Shown here one piece after another: positions 39,406-49,266 of a DNA stretch of 64,000 bases. Positions within the stretch are counted from its first letter, which is position 1; every line of letters begins with the position of its first letter. Under the pieces are notes generated by a model, which saw only the letters and a program-made list of their open reading frames with translations, made no database searches and had not been told where the DNA came from. The position numbers and the translations under genes are program-made. Source of the DNA: a virus; the IMG/VR virus record IMGVR_UViG_3300031687_000001, positions 1 through 64,000 of that record, one strand, 5' to 3'.

Positions 39406-40001
39406 TAAAATATGATGCACATATGTGCCACCATGAAACGTCAAATCATGTGGGTGAGACTCCGATACATTCTCAAAATTGGCTAGAACACATGCTGCCA
39501 ATGCAGTACTCTATCACAATGGAACTTACCCTATTATCAATTTATACGTTTGCAAATCATATCGAATGCTTGCTTAATGAATATCCTAATATAAAAGTAG
39601 TACACATATATGTTAGCACTAGACTAGATCCTAGATATTCCAATCAACAAACAATTGATGAGTTTTACGAGTATATTGATCACTATAAAGATAAAATATA
39701 CTTTAAGTATGACAATACCGTTTTATCCCTAGTTAAACACAAAAAAATGCCGAAAAGTGTTTTTAATAATTACTTAACACAATTTGCAAAATTTGCATGG
39801 CGGGACAAAGATCGTGATATGTATCTAGAATATAATGGAGAAGAATATAACGCATTATGGAGTCCGTTGAATGAATATCATGAAGGATTTACATGGAATG
39901 ACTTTAAGTACATAGTAACGACCAATTTAAAACCACAGAATAATTGTATTAAATATTTTAGTAATACATTAATATCAATCGAACATTTGAAACGTGGATA
40001 A
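39402..40001 (+). CDS. Hypothetical protein
   Basis: 199-aa AT-rich ORF, ATGA overlap. Confidence 0.55.
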   Translation: MIKYDAHMCHHETSNHVGETPIHSQNWLEHMLPMQYSITMELTLLSIYTFANHIECLLNEYPNIKVVHIYVSTRLDPRYSNQQTIDEFYEYIDHYKDKIYFKYDNTVLSLVKHKKMPKSVFNNYLTQFAKFAWRDKDRDMYLEYNGEEYNALWSPLNEYHEGFTWNDFKYIVTTNLKPQNNCIKYFSNTLISIEHLKRG

Positions 40002-40452
40002 ATTGAACGCGAGTGGCTGTATATTTTTAAGTATCGATACTGGTAGAGTATTACTACAACAGCGTAGTGAGAAATCTAGTCATCCTCGTACTTGGGGTTT
40101 CTTCGGAGGCAAGGGAGAGGTAGGTGAGCGTCCATTGGAAACATTACTTCGCGAACTTGAAGAAGAGGTCGGAATGTTACCCGATGTTGAAAAGATATAC
40201 CCACTGCATAAATTTATATCACCTGACAATAGGTTTGAATATAATACATTCGCAGTTGCAGTATTTGAAGAATTTATTCCACAACTCAATAATGAAAGTG
40301 ATGGGTTTTGCTGGGTTAAGATAGGTAACTGGCCACGTCCTTTGCATCCAGGAACTAAAGCACAATTATATAATAAAGAGATTGTAAAGAAAATTAGAAC
40401 CATACACGAAACTAGTTCAATGAATGGTTCTAATTGGTTAGATACGCTTTAA
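39994..40452 (+). CDS. Nudix hydrolase
   Basis: Nudix box GGKGEVGERPLETLLRELEEEVG. Confidence 0.88.
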   Translation: MDKLNASGCIFLSIDTGRVLLQQRSEKSSHPRTWGFFGGKGEVGERPLETLLRELEEEVGMLPDVEKIYPLHKFISPDNRFEYNTFAVAVFEEFIPQLNNESDGFCWVKIGNWPRPLHPGTKAQLYNKEIVKKIRTIHETSSMNGSNWLDTL

Positions 40453-41543
40453 TCTGCGCTGATTCGTTTTTTCATACTTGCGATAAATTGCTCACGCAAC
40501 CATTCAAAATCATTGATTTTGTGTAACAATTCTACGTTATCTTTATGTTCGATACCGTACGCCTTTCCTTCTAATGCACCTTTAACACAATAACGTCCAA
40601 AACGTGCGCCATTATCTACTGTACACCAAGTCTCTAAGCGACTACTTGCCTCTTCATTAACTCGTGGGTTTTCACTAACATTAGATGCCAATTTAACACA
40701 TTCACGAAATGCTGAACGCCAAGTTCTGAACGGATCTTTATTAAACATTGTAGTATTAGATACATCTGATACTGGTTGATAAAATGATACACCTTGTGAG
40801 AAATCTGGCAAATCATGACCCATCTCTATTAGTTGTTCACGAGGGAATAACTTAACTGCACCATAACCATACTCCAAATCATTGATAGGATTAAGTGCCG
40901 ACCATACATACGTAGTATTCTTACGCTTGCTCATAGGTGGTATATAATCAAATTTGAAAGTTGAATGTATATCTGCGTCTGCGTCTACAATATAGACCAT
41001 TTCAGTGTTACATATAGATGCTGCTTCTTTATGTGCATTCGCAATACCTTCTACATTTTTTACATGTAGTGCATCTGGGAATACTTGCTTCAATTTCTGA
41101 TAATTCTGGTCTGCTTCTGCTTCATGGAAACTAATCATAACTACTGCAAAATCAGCATCATGATATGAACAAACAATTTTATTGTTCAATACACCATGTG
41201 CAATGCCAGAAGTGGGTACTAATTTTATATCACCCCAAGTAGTATCACGACCTGTTCGTCTTACTATTCTAGGGAAAAAGTGAATGAAATCGTGTGCGAT
41301 GTCACTCGGTTTATAGTGCCAAGGGAAGTCTGGATTAATATTTTTAGAATCATCTACTATCCAAATCATATCACTGATGTTTTCATATTCACGTGCAATT
41401 AATAACAAATCTTCGGTGTCATTGGTGCTAGGTGTTACGTGAACTGGATATGATTGGAATACATGTTTTTTTAATCTGTCCCAAGGCGAAATAATTGTCT
41501 GACCTTTAAAATCAAACAATGTTGATTGTGTTAAATTAATCAT
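40449..41543 (-). CDS. Glycosyltransferase-like protein (tandem GT-A-like halves)
   Basis: WIVDDS and YIVDAD DxD-type motifs; GYGAVKLFP; AFRECVKL. Confidence 0.6.
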   Translation of the reverse strand: MINLTQSTLFDFKGQTIISPWDRLKKHVFQSYPVHVTPSTNDTEDLLLIAREYENISDMIWIVDDSKNINPDFPWHYKPSDIAHDFIHFFPRIVRRTGRDTTWGDIKLVPTSGIAHGVLNNKIVCSYHDADFAVVMISFHEAEADQNYQKLKQVFPDALHVKNVEGIANAHKEAASICNTEMVYIVDADADIHSTFKFDYIPPMSKRKNTTYVWSALNPINDLEYGYGAVKLFPREQLIEMGHDLPDFSQGVSFYQPVSDVSNTTMFNKDPFRTWRSAFRECVKLASNVSENPRVNEEASSRLETWCTVDNGARFGRYCVKGALEGKAYGIEHKDNVELLHKINDFEWLREQFIASMKKRISAD

Positions 41544-42186
41544 TGCAATTGCCTTTTATTGTAAATGCGGTTGTACCAACATGACTTATTTGCATACTGA
41601 TATCATTGTCAACCCACACTTCGTAGCCATTATCTGCTGCTTTTTTACAGAAAAACATATCTTCGCCTATTAGGCTAGTATAATCATTATTCCATTCTAC
41701 TCCGAAATGAGGTTTTTGTATAGTTTCGTATACCGATCTTTTTACTAACATTGCACCCATTCCGACAGCATCTACGGTTTCTATGCCCGTTTGACTGAAT
41801 ACTCTCTTATCTAAATCACCAAATGTCTTAAATGCGACTGGGCGATGTGGTGGTACACGTGTGCTATAATTACACGCCATAATATCTTTATCATGCGACA
41901 TTAGTGCTTCAATAATAACTGTAGGGAATATCATATCGCTGTCAAGCCATAAAATATGTGTACAATCTGTATCTAATGCAGTGTTAACAAGTTCTTGTCG
42001 TTGCATTGCAACTTCGCTTCCTATATTCATATGAATCGTAATTGACTTATTATCTCGCCCGCATTTATTAGTTAACATAGCAAGACTATGTGTAAATGCG
42101 GAAGTGACTAAATCACGAACTGGAATACAAATTGCTACTTTTGCGTTAAGATTTTCTTTGTAGTAAAATTTGGGTATACTTACCAT
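41536..42186 (-). CDS. GT2-family glycosyltransferase
   Basis: ICIP, LWLDSDM, VGMGAMLV, GEDMFFC, HVG. Confidence 0.8.
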   Translation of the reverse strand: MVSIPKFYYKENLNAKVAICIPVRDLVTSAFTHSLAMLTNKCGRDNKSITIHMNIGSEVAMQRQELVNTALDTDCTHILWLDSDMIFPTVIIEALMSHDKDIMACNYSTRVPPHRPVAFKTFGDLDKRVFSQTGIETVDAVGMGAMLVKRSVYETIQKPHFGVEWNNDYTSLIGEDMFFCKKAADNGYEVWVDNDISMQISHVGTTAFTIKGNCND

Positions 42187-42191
42187 AGTTG

Positions 42192-42611
42192 TTAGATCAT
42201 ACCAGCATCAAGTTCGGCTTCAACAGTCTTGAATTCTTCATTCAAAGTCTTTGCCAATGTTGCTGTTGTCTTTACACATGCAGCAAATGCGGTATCATTT
42301 AATGATACCATATAATTCATATGCTCTGGTTGTACTTTACCGATAGTAAGGATATGAATTGCTGCTAATTTAGCAAGACGTTGAATCCAATATTCCTCTT
42401 CGGAATCTTCAATGTTTTCAAGTAATGCAGTAACATCGTGCTTTGCAGAAAAATCATCATATACCGCTTGCAATACTGCTTGATCAGGATGACCACTTTG
42501 CGTTGCTGCTGATAATTCTACTGTCAATGCCTGTGCTTGGCGTGCTGGGGTAGGGTGTGATCCTAATAGAAATGTTTCCACTTCAAATCTGGTGCGGATG
42601 CCTGTACTCAT
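42192..42611 (-). CDS. Hypothetical protein
   Basis: Likely start MSTGIR at 42611 (SD GGAG 9 nt upstream). Confidence 0.65.
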   Translation of the reverse strand: MSTGIRTRFEVETFLLGSHPTPARQAQALTVELSAATQSGHPDQAVLQAVYDDFSAKHDVTALLENIEDSEEEYWIQRLAKLAAIHILTIGKVQPEHMNYMVSLNDTAFAACVKTTATLAKTLNEEFKTVEAELDAGMI

Positions 42612-42706
42612 AGTTGTTTTCTCCATGTTGAGTTTACAAAATTTTAGTAAATTTATGTGTGATAAGTAGCATGAGGACTATTAATCCTCATGCTGATGCT
42701 AGATGG

Positions 42707-42892
42707 TTACGGTGACGTACCACCCGCATTAGGGTTCTGCCAACCACCGAAGGTTGCTGACAATGATATATTTGATGTTACACTTGGCGAAATAAATGCA
42801 CCTAGTTGTGACAATGATACTGTTCCAGATAATCCGAAATAGTTACGTACTGTGCCCATTGTAATGGTTACACCTGTTGCTGGTAATGCCAT
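42707..42892 (-). CDS. 61-aa putative fibre-tip/virion peptide
   Basis: MALPATG...VSLSQL...ISLSATFGG; SD AAGGAG, late promoter; resembles N-terminus of the 56417 gene. Confidence 0.7.
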   Translation of the reverse strand: MALPATGVTITMGTVRNYFGLSGTVSLSQLGAFISPSVTSNISLSATFGGWQNPNAGGTSP

Positions 42893-42993
42893 GAGTTATT
42901 CTCCTTTTTTTGCTGATAACTAGTATCTGCTTTATATATTTATCTTTATATAATATAGTTTAACATAGTTTTAATACTATGTCAATAACCATA

Positions 42994-45900
42994 TTATCCT
43001 TTCTTTAATATATTTATCTCTTCTTGTAGTGAGTTTATTTGTAATTGTTGCTCTTTAACTGCTTCAATTAATAATCCAACCATGTTGCCATATGCTACTG
43101 ACTTCAATCCTTCGTCATTTGTATGAACTACTTCTGGGAACACTGATTCAACTTCTTGTGCAATAACACCAGTACTTTGTCTATTGTCCTTCTCAAACAT
43201 AACACCTCTGAGATTATTAACAGTGTCTACTGCGTTAGTGATTGTTTCCACATTATGCTTAAATCTAATATCGGAATATGCAGTCACATCGCCCGATGCC
43301 ACAATACTTCCAGTAACCGTTAAACCATTGGCACAATGCCACAAACCAGCGTCAGTACTATATGCCGACCAGGCATTAGCAGAGTTTAAAAACCCAATGT
43401 TGTTAGAATTACAGTGTATTGCCCTATTACCGTGATCGGTGTCGACCATGAATATATAAGAAGAAGTACCTGCTCCTACCGTCAAGTTTCCTGAAATACT
43501 ATCAGCCGTATCACTTCTTAAATACTGTGAACCTTGTAAACCATCAAGTAAGTCAGCATCTAAGCCTGAACCTGAACCATCTACTGTTTTAACTGCTGTC
43601 AATATCTGTGCTGCTGATTGGTCTGCTGTAGCACCGTTCTCTACGTTTAATAGAGTTCTTGCTCCTGCTGCTGTGTAACTTCTACCAAAAGTATCAGTTC
43701 CGTTTGTTCCAGTGAACAGACCCATTCCACTAGATGTACCACTAGTACTAAACGTACCTGTGCCGTTATAGAAGTTAGCGTATATGTAACCACTGGCACT
43801 TCTCTCTACGATGGTACTATTAGATTGATCCTGACTAGGTAACGCACCTCCTAAAGTACCAGCATTGATACCTCCTGTGCCATTTATGTCAACAGTCTTA
43901 ATAGCAGCAAGTATCTGTGACGCAGATTGATCTGCGGTTGCACCAGTTTCAATGCCGTTTAACTTGCTGTGATCTGCTGAAGTAAAGTTAATCTGCGAAA
44001 GACCACCATCACCTACAGAATAAGTCGTATCAGTAAATACTGCTGCCGCTGGTACATTAGTCAATACCTGACTATCATCTACCTTGCCATTTAACGATGT
44101 TTGCAATCCCGTGATAAACGAGATAGGGTGACTTGAAGGGTGAACATAATTGTTGGCACTCGTTGCGATGCCATCTAACTTAGTATTATCTGCTGTAGTG
44201 AAGTTTACTTGAGTTAAACCACCATTACCTACTGAGTAGGTAGTGTCAGTGAATAAAGCGCCAGATGGTACATTAGTCAATACTTGACTGTCGTCTACTT
44301 TGGCATTTAATGCTGTTTGCAATCCCGTGATAAACGAGATAGCGTGACTTGACGGGTGAACATAATTATTGGCACTCGTTGCGATGCCATCTAACTTAGT
44401 ATTATCTGCTGTAGTGAAGTTCTTTTCAGTTAAACCACCATCACCTACCAAATAAGTCGTATCAGTGTCTGCTGCCAATGCCGAAGACAACGCTGCATCT
44501 GCTTTACTAGTTGCATCTAATGCTGCTGCCGAAATTGCATCTGCTTCTGCGGTGTCTGCATATGATTGGTACGCTGTTGTTATTGCTGTTTCACGACCAT
44601 CTGTATACGAGTTCGCATTAGATTCTGCTGTGTTTGCCTTTGTAGTCGCATCTAAACTTGCAGTTGCAATTGCATCTGCTTCTGCGGTATCTGCATATGA
44701 TTGGTACGCTGTTGTAATTGCTGTTTCACGACCATCTGTATACGAGTTCGCATTAGATTCTGCTGTGTTTGCTTTAGTGGTCGCATCCAATGCTGCTGTT
44801 GCAATTGCAACTGCTTCTGCTGCATCTACATATGCTTTATGTGTTGCATGATTAGCATTTGTTATAGGACCGTTGATATCAACATCATTTGCAATGAAGC
44901 AATCTGCTTCCATTTTTCCTAATACAAAACTTGCATCTCCCGTGTTAATATCACCATTTGGTTCTGGATCATATTCACTAAACACTTTCCATGTCAATGC
45001 ACTTGCATCATAAAATACACCAATGTGAGTGTATCCCGGCGCTGATGTGCCAGTGTTAATGTTACTAAAAATACCACTGTCAATGGCTATCGGAGCAGCG
45101 AGTCCACTCCAAACATCGCCAATTGTGTGACCAGTGGTAGCAGAGAACTTAATTGTAATGTTATTGTCCAGTGCTTGATCTGTTCCGTCGATCGCAATAC
45201 CCGTTGCTACTGTTGTTGCAAAGTTATCCTTTGACCATTCAAATGTATCTGGAGTACTATTGGCATCTATTCGTACGTAATAAGTGACTGAGGTGGTACC
45301 TTCAAAGTACCCCCCAAGAACACCATCGTCTAATCCAGCACCAGTGAATATAGTGTTTGCTGCACCAATTGCATCACCTTGATTCAAGTAAATAAAACTA
45401 TCATCAACACTCAAGTTTGCTGAACCAACACTGACAGTAGATCCGGTAACAAATAAATCTCCACCAACCGTCAAATCGTTTGTTATATTTACATCGGTAG
45501 CGAGACCTACTGTAACTGCTGAAGTTTCACTGCCACTTCCCGTTACGACTATTTCATTAACTGTTCCTGCTACGGTAGCAATATAATTACCAGTGGTATC
45601 TGTTCCTAATGCAACACTGTTTGCATCAACACTTGCTGATTGTATATTTAATGAATCTATATATGCCTTTGTTGTCTTTCCATCAGTGTATGCGGTTGAT
45701 GCATTGATTGCATCTGCTTCTGAGATATCTGCATATGATTGATAAGCAGTTGTTATTGCCGTTTCACGACCATCTGTATATGAATTTGATGATGTGATTG
45801 CATCTGCTTCTGCTTGATCTGCATATGATTGGTACGCTGTTGTTATTGCTGTTTCACGACCATCTGTATATGAATTTGATGATGTGATTGCATCTGCTTC

Positions 45901-46941
45901 TGCTGTATCTGTATATGATTGGTACGCTGTTGTTATTGCTGTTTCACGACCATCTGTATATGAATTTGATGATGTGATTGCATCTGCTTCTGCGGTATCT
46001 GCATATGATTGGTACGCGGTTGTTATTGCTGTCTCACGACCATCTGTATATGAGTTTGATGCATTGATTGCATCTGCTTCTGCGGTATCTGCATATGATT
46101 GGTACGCGGTTGTTATTGCTGTCTCACGACCATCTGTATATGAGTTTGATGCATTGATTGCATCTGCTTCTGCAACATCCGTATAACCTTGTAGTGCTGT
46201 AGTTTGTAGTTCATCTGCTGCGATATATGCATCTGTGACAACGGTATCTGCTGCGATATATGCATCTGTGACAACGGTATCTGCTGCGATATATGCATCT
46301 GTGACAACCACGTCTGCTGCGACATATGCATCTGTGACAACCACGTCTGCGTCGTCTGCGTACAATTGGTACGCCGTGGTTATTGCTGTTTCACGACCAT
46401 CTGTATACAAGTTTGATGATGCGATTGCATCAAGTTCTGCTTGATCTGTATACGATTGGTACGCCGTGGTTATTGCTGTTTCACGACCATCTGTATACAA
46501 GTTTGATGATGCGATTGCATCAAGTTCTGCTTGATCTGTATAACCTTGTAGTTCTGTAGTTTGTAGTTCATCTGCATCGATATATGCAGTTGTTGTTGCC
46601 GCGATGAGATCATCTACATACGTTGCAATATCACCTCTTGGGAATAAAGTGACATCAAGTACTGCTATCATACCCTGCGATTCACCACCACCTGATACTT
46701 CGTACAAATGATCTGGTAACGTATACTCTCTATCGGCAGTCAATGTAGTCGCTTTTAATCTCCCCTCAAAATCATCAGGAGGAGATGAACCTTCAAATGT
46801 AAGAGAGGTGTTAGCAGGAATATATATTTCTCCACCATCGCCTGGATATAATACAAGATCCTTATCTAGTGCAGATTCAACTCTTGTTCCACCACCTATG
46901 TCTATATCTATTACTGTTTGATTACCTACTTTAAAAGCCAC
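42994..46941 (-). CDS. Tail fibre with C-terminal intramolecular chaperone (peptidase S74)
   Basis: GTG start; GSGLDADLLDG; TAYSDIRFK...GVIAQEVE...VAYGNMVGLLIEAVKE. Confidence 0.88.
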   Translation of the reverse strand: MAFKVGNQTVIDIDIGGGTRVESALDKDLVLYPGDGGEIYIPANTSLTFEGSSPPDDFEGRLKATTLTADREYTLPDHLYEVSGGGESQGMIAVLDVTLFPRGDIATYVDDLIAATTTAYIDADELQTTELQGYTDQAELDAIASSNLYTDGRETAITTAYQSYTDQAELDAIASSNLYTDGRETAITTAYQLYADDADVVVTDAYVAADVVVTDAYIAADTVVTDAYIAADTVVTDAYIAADELQTTALQGYTDVAEADAINASNSYTDGRETAITTAYQSYADTAEADAINASNSYTDGRETAITTAYQSYADTAEADAITSSNSYTDGRETAITTAYQSYTDTAEADAITSSNSYTDGRETAITTAYQSYADQAEADAITSSNSYTDGRETAITTAYQSYADISEADAINASTAYTDGKTTKAYIDSLNIQSASVDANSVALGTDTTGNYIATVAGTVNEIVVTGSGSETSAVTVGLATDVNITNDLTVGGDLFVTGSTVSVGSANLSVDDSFIYLNQGDAIGAANTIFTGAGLDDGVLGGYFEGTTSVTYYVRIDANSTPDTFEWSKDNFATTVATGIAIDGTDQALDNNITIKFSATTGHTIGDVWSGLAAPIAIDSGIFSNINTGTSAPGYTHIGVFYDASALTWKVFSEYDPEPNGDINTGDASFVLGKMEADCFIANDVDINGPITNANHATHKAYVDAAEAVAIATAALDATTKANTAESNANSYTDGRETAITTAYQSYADTAEADAIATASLDATTKANTAESNANSYTDGRETAITTAYQSYADTAEADAISAAALDATSKADAALSSALAADTDTTYLVGDGGLTEKNFTTADNTKLDGIATSANNYVHPSSHAISFITGLQTALNAKVDDSQVLTNVPSGALFTDTTYSVGNGGLTQVNFTTADNTKLDGIATSANNYVHPSSHPISFITGLQTSLNGKVDDSQVLTNVPAAAVFTDTTYSVGDGGLSQINFTSADHSKLNGIETGATADQSASQILAAIKTVDINGTGGINAGTLGGALPSQDQSNSTIVERSASGYIYANFYNGTGTFSTSGTSSGMGLFTGTNGTDTFGRSYTAAGARTLLNVENGATADQSAAQILTAVKTVDGSGSGLDADLLDGLQGSQYLRSDTADSISGNLTVGAGTSSYIFMVDTDHGNRAIHCNSNNIGFLNSANAWSAYSTDAGLWHCANGLTVTGSIVASGDVTAYSDIRFKHNVETITNAVDTVNNLRGVMFEKDNRQSTGVIAQEVESVFPEVVHTNDEGLKSVAYGNMVGLLIEAVKEQQLQINSLQEEINILKKG
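44020..44460. repeat. ~210-nt coding tandem duplication
   Basis: GGLT..NFTTADNTKLDGIATSANNYVHPSSH...KVDDSQVLTNVP twice. Confidence 0.8.
45670..46545. repeat. 90-nt (30-aa) and 33-nt (11-aa) coding tandem repeats
   Basis: YTDGRETAITTAYQSYAD.AEADAI..SNS repeated; D.VVTDAY.AA x4. Confidence 0.85.
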
Positions 46942-47066
46942 TTTATATCTCCCTTATATTTACTACCATGGGACATCTAGTCTGTCCCTATATGAATGTT
47001 GTTTACTGTTAGTATTTATCTTTTTTAAATTATATACATAGTTAATATGTTACCTTTATTTAGAGC

Positions 47067-47094
47067 AAAAAAAAGACCCCCGAAGGAGTCTTTT
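47067..47094 (-). terminator. Rho-independent terminator with UUCG loop
   Basis: GACUCC-UUCG-GGGGUC-U8. Confidence 0.9.
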
Positions 47095-47121
47095 ATAAGT
47101 GTTTTATAAGTGTTTTATAAT

Positions 47122-49131
47122 TTACTTACTTTTCAATACATCAATTTCTGCTTTCAATTCCTTGACTGCTTCAATTAATAGTGCTACGATATTTCCGTAA
47201 GCCACCGAGTAATGATCATCTTCTGATCCAGGTGTGCTATTTGGTCCACCAGTAACTGCTTCAGGTAATACTTTTAGTACTTCCTGTGCAATAACACCGA
47301 CATGTCTGTCAGTAGGATTATGTGCGTATACAGTAGGCACTTCTTCCGGTGTTGCCGGAGTAAGGTCTGTTCTATCATACGTATAACCATTTAGTTGACA
47401 TACTTTGTCCAATGCATCTGGAATTATCTCAAGATTTTCCTTAACACGTTCGTCTGAGTATGCAGTAACGTTACCTGAAGTCCAGATACTATCACCAATT
47501 GCAGAACGAGTAGTACCAGCAGACATATATGCTGCGTGATGACCTGCGATCTTGCGTCCGTTTGCGTTTGTGTTATTAGAATGAGTCCATGCTATTCCGT
47601 AGAAATTGCCTGGCGCTACACCATTATCATCTAATGTATACGCTGCGCCCATACTATAAACTTGTTGGAATTTAGTAGCTGAATATAATCCAGTTACACC
47701 GTGTCCGTAGTTTGAACCGAATGTGATATTGTTAGATACATTACCACCACTCGTTGGCAAATATGCGTGAGTATGTGAGTTCTTAGTTGATCCTTGATTC
47801 AAGATATAAGGAGCCAATGAAGCTGGCGTCATATATCTCAAATAAGAATCATTTGATGCATATATACGAGCTGGTGCTGATGTACTTGCGCCCGATGCAG
47901 TGTTAATCCAACCGAAGTTAGCGTAACCATTGGCATCTGTGCGAACGACTTTGTTGGCAGCATTGTTAGTTGTACCATTCAATGTCAATCCATCTACTGT
48001 TCCAGCGTTCAATCCAGCAGTACCGTTACTATCAACTGTTTTAAGAGATGCTAATAATTGTGCCGAAGTTTGATCTGCTGTTGCACCTGACTCAATGCCG
48101 TTTAACTTAGTATGATCTGTTGATGTAAAGTTGATCTGTGAAAGACCACCATCGCCTACTGAATAAGTAGTGTTAGGCCAAGACCTGTCATAAGCCGCTT
48201 TAACTGCTGCTGATGATGCAGATACAGATGTGCTTGTTGATGTTACGCTATTTGAAATTGCGCGATGAGTATTGGTGTCCTGTGCATCTGCATAAACCTT
48301 TGCTGATGCCAATGCTGCGTTTGCTTTAGTAGTCGCATCTGCTGCTGCCGTAGAAGCCGCTGATGATGTAACACTTGCGATTGCTGAACTTAGTTCTGAA
48401 TCAGTTGCCATTGCATCTTGGATTTCTTTAAGCGTATTAAATGCTGCGCCTGCGCCATTAGTTACGTCTGCAACTGCACCTGCTCTTGCTGCGTTTGCTT
48501 TACTAGTTGCGTCTGCTGCTGCTGCTGAGATTGCTTGTGACTTTGCATTATTTGCTTTAGTAGTTGCATCAGAACTTGCTGCTGATTCTGCATCTGCTTC
48601 TGCTTGATCTGCATATGCCTTTGCTGATACCAATGCTGCGTTCGCTTTGGTAGTCGCATCACTTGCTGCTGCTGAGATTGCTTGTGACTTTGCATTATTT
48701 GCTTTAGTAGTTGCATCAGAACTTGCTGCTGAGATTGCTTGTGACTTTGCATTATTTGCTTTAGTAGTTGCATCAGAACTTGCTGCTGATTCTGCATCTG
48801 CTTCTGCTTGATCTGCATATGCCTTTGCTGATACCAATGCTGCGTTCGCTTTACTAGTTGCATCACTTGCTGCTGCTGCTTTTACTTCTGCTGGCGAATC
48901 AACACCTGAGCCATTATCGGTTGTCAACATGGTAGTTGCTAAGATAGAAATGTTACGTTCCATATCTGCTGCTCTACGAAGCGATGACTTGGAACCAGAC
49001 ATAGAAATCTCGTTATCACCTAATGTTCCAGTTGATTCAACTAAATCACCTGTTGGACTGTACTTATATTTTTTGTTTTTGTCTAATGACACACTTGTCA
49101 TTACACCATTCTTTTTAATTTTTCTTGACAT
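47122..49131 (-). CDS. Tail fibre paralogue D, S74 chaperone
   Basis: MSRKIKKNG N-terminus, Ala-rich repeats, TAYSDERVK. Confidence 0.88.
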   Translation of the reverse strand: MSRKIKKNGVMTSVSLDKNKKYKYSPTGDLVESTGTLGDNEISMSGSKSSLRRAADMERNISILATTMLTTDNGSGVDSPAEVKAAAASDATSKANAALVSAKAYADQAEADAESAASSDATTKANNAKSQAISAASSDATTKANNAKSQAISAAASDATTKANAALVSAKAYADQAEADAESAASSDATTKANNAKSQAISAAAADATSKANAARAGAVADVTNGAGAAFNTLKEIQDAMATDSELSSAIASVTSSAASTAAADATTKANAALASAKVYADAQDTNTHRAISNSVTSTSTSVSASSAAVKAAYDRSWPNTTYSVGDGGLSQINFTSTDHTKLNGIESGATADQTSAQLLASLKTVDSNGTAGLNAGTVDGLTLNGTTNNAANKVVRTDANGYANFGWINTASGASTSAPARIYASNDSYLRYMTPASLAPYILNQGSTKNSHTHAYLPTSGGNVSNNITFGSNYGHGVTGLYSATKFQQVYSMGAAYTLDDNGVAPGNFYGIAWTHSNNTNANGRKIAGHHAAYMSAGTTRSAIGDSIWTSGNVTAYSDERVKENLEIIPDALDKVCQLNGYTYDRTDLTPATPEEVPTVYAHNPTDRHVGVIAQEVLKVLPEAVTGGPNSTPGSEDDHYSVAYGNIVALLIEAVKELKAEIDVLKSK

Positions 49132-49154
49132 TATTTTATCTCCTTAAAGATATT

Positions 49155-49259
49155 GATTGATACGAAGAATATACTCTGTATATTCCAGTGTTTATGATAA
49201 TCATAACTTTTATGATAATCATAAACTAAGCAGGGAGTTAAACTCCCTACGTTTGATCA
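49155..49259 (-). ncRNA. Structured intergenic RNA element Y, copy 1
   Basis: Three hairpins with conserved junctions; covaries with 53452-53543. Confidence 0.7.
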
Positions 49260-49266
49260 ATTTATA

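Noticed and set aside
47091-47120. 11-bp direct repeat TTTTATAAGTG (~2.7 copies)
   Set aside because: Probably a slippage duplication between the stop codon and terminator; no function evident.
49155-49259. Element Y as a tRNA or hammerhead ribozyme
   Set aside because: No 7-bp acceptor stem, T-arm or CCA; no CUGANGA/GAAA core on either strand.
49132-49266. Stop-codon readthrough fusing fibres C and D (the spacer is 135 nt, in frame)
   Set aside because: An in-frame TGA occurs at codon 16; the equivalent spacer at 53403-53550 is 148 nt, out of frame; both downstream genes have strong SDs.
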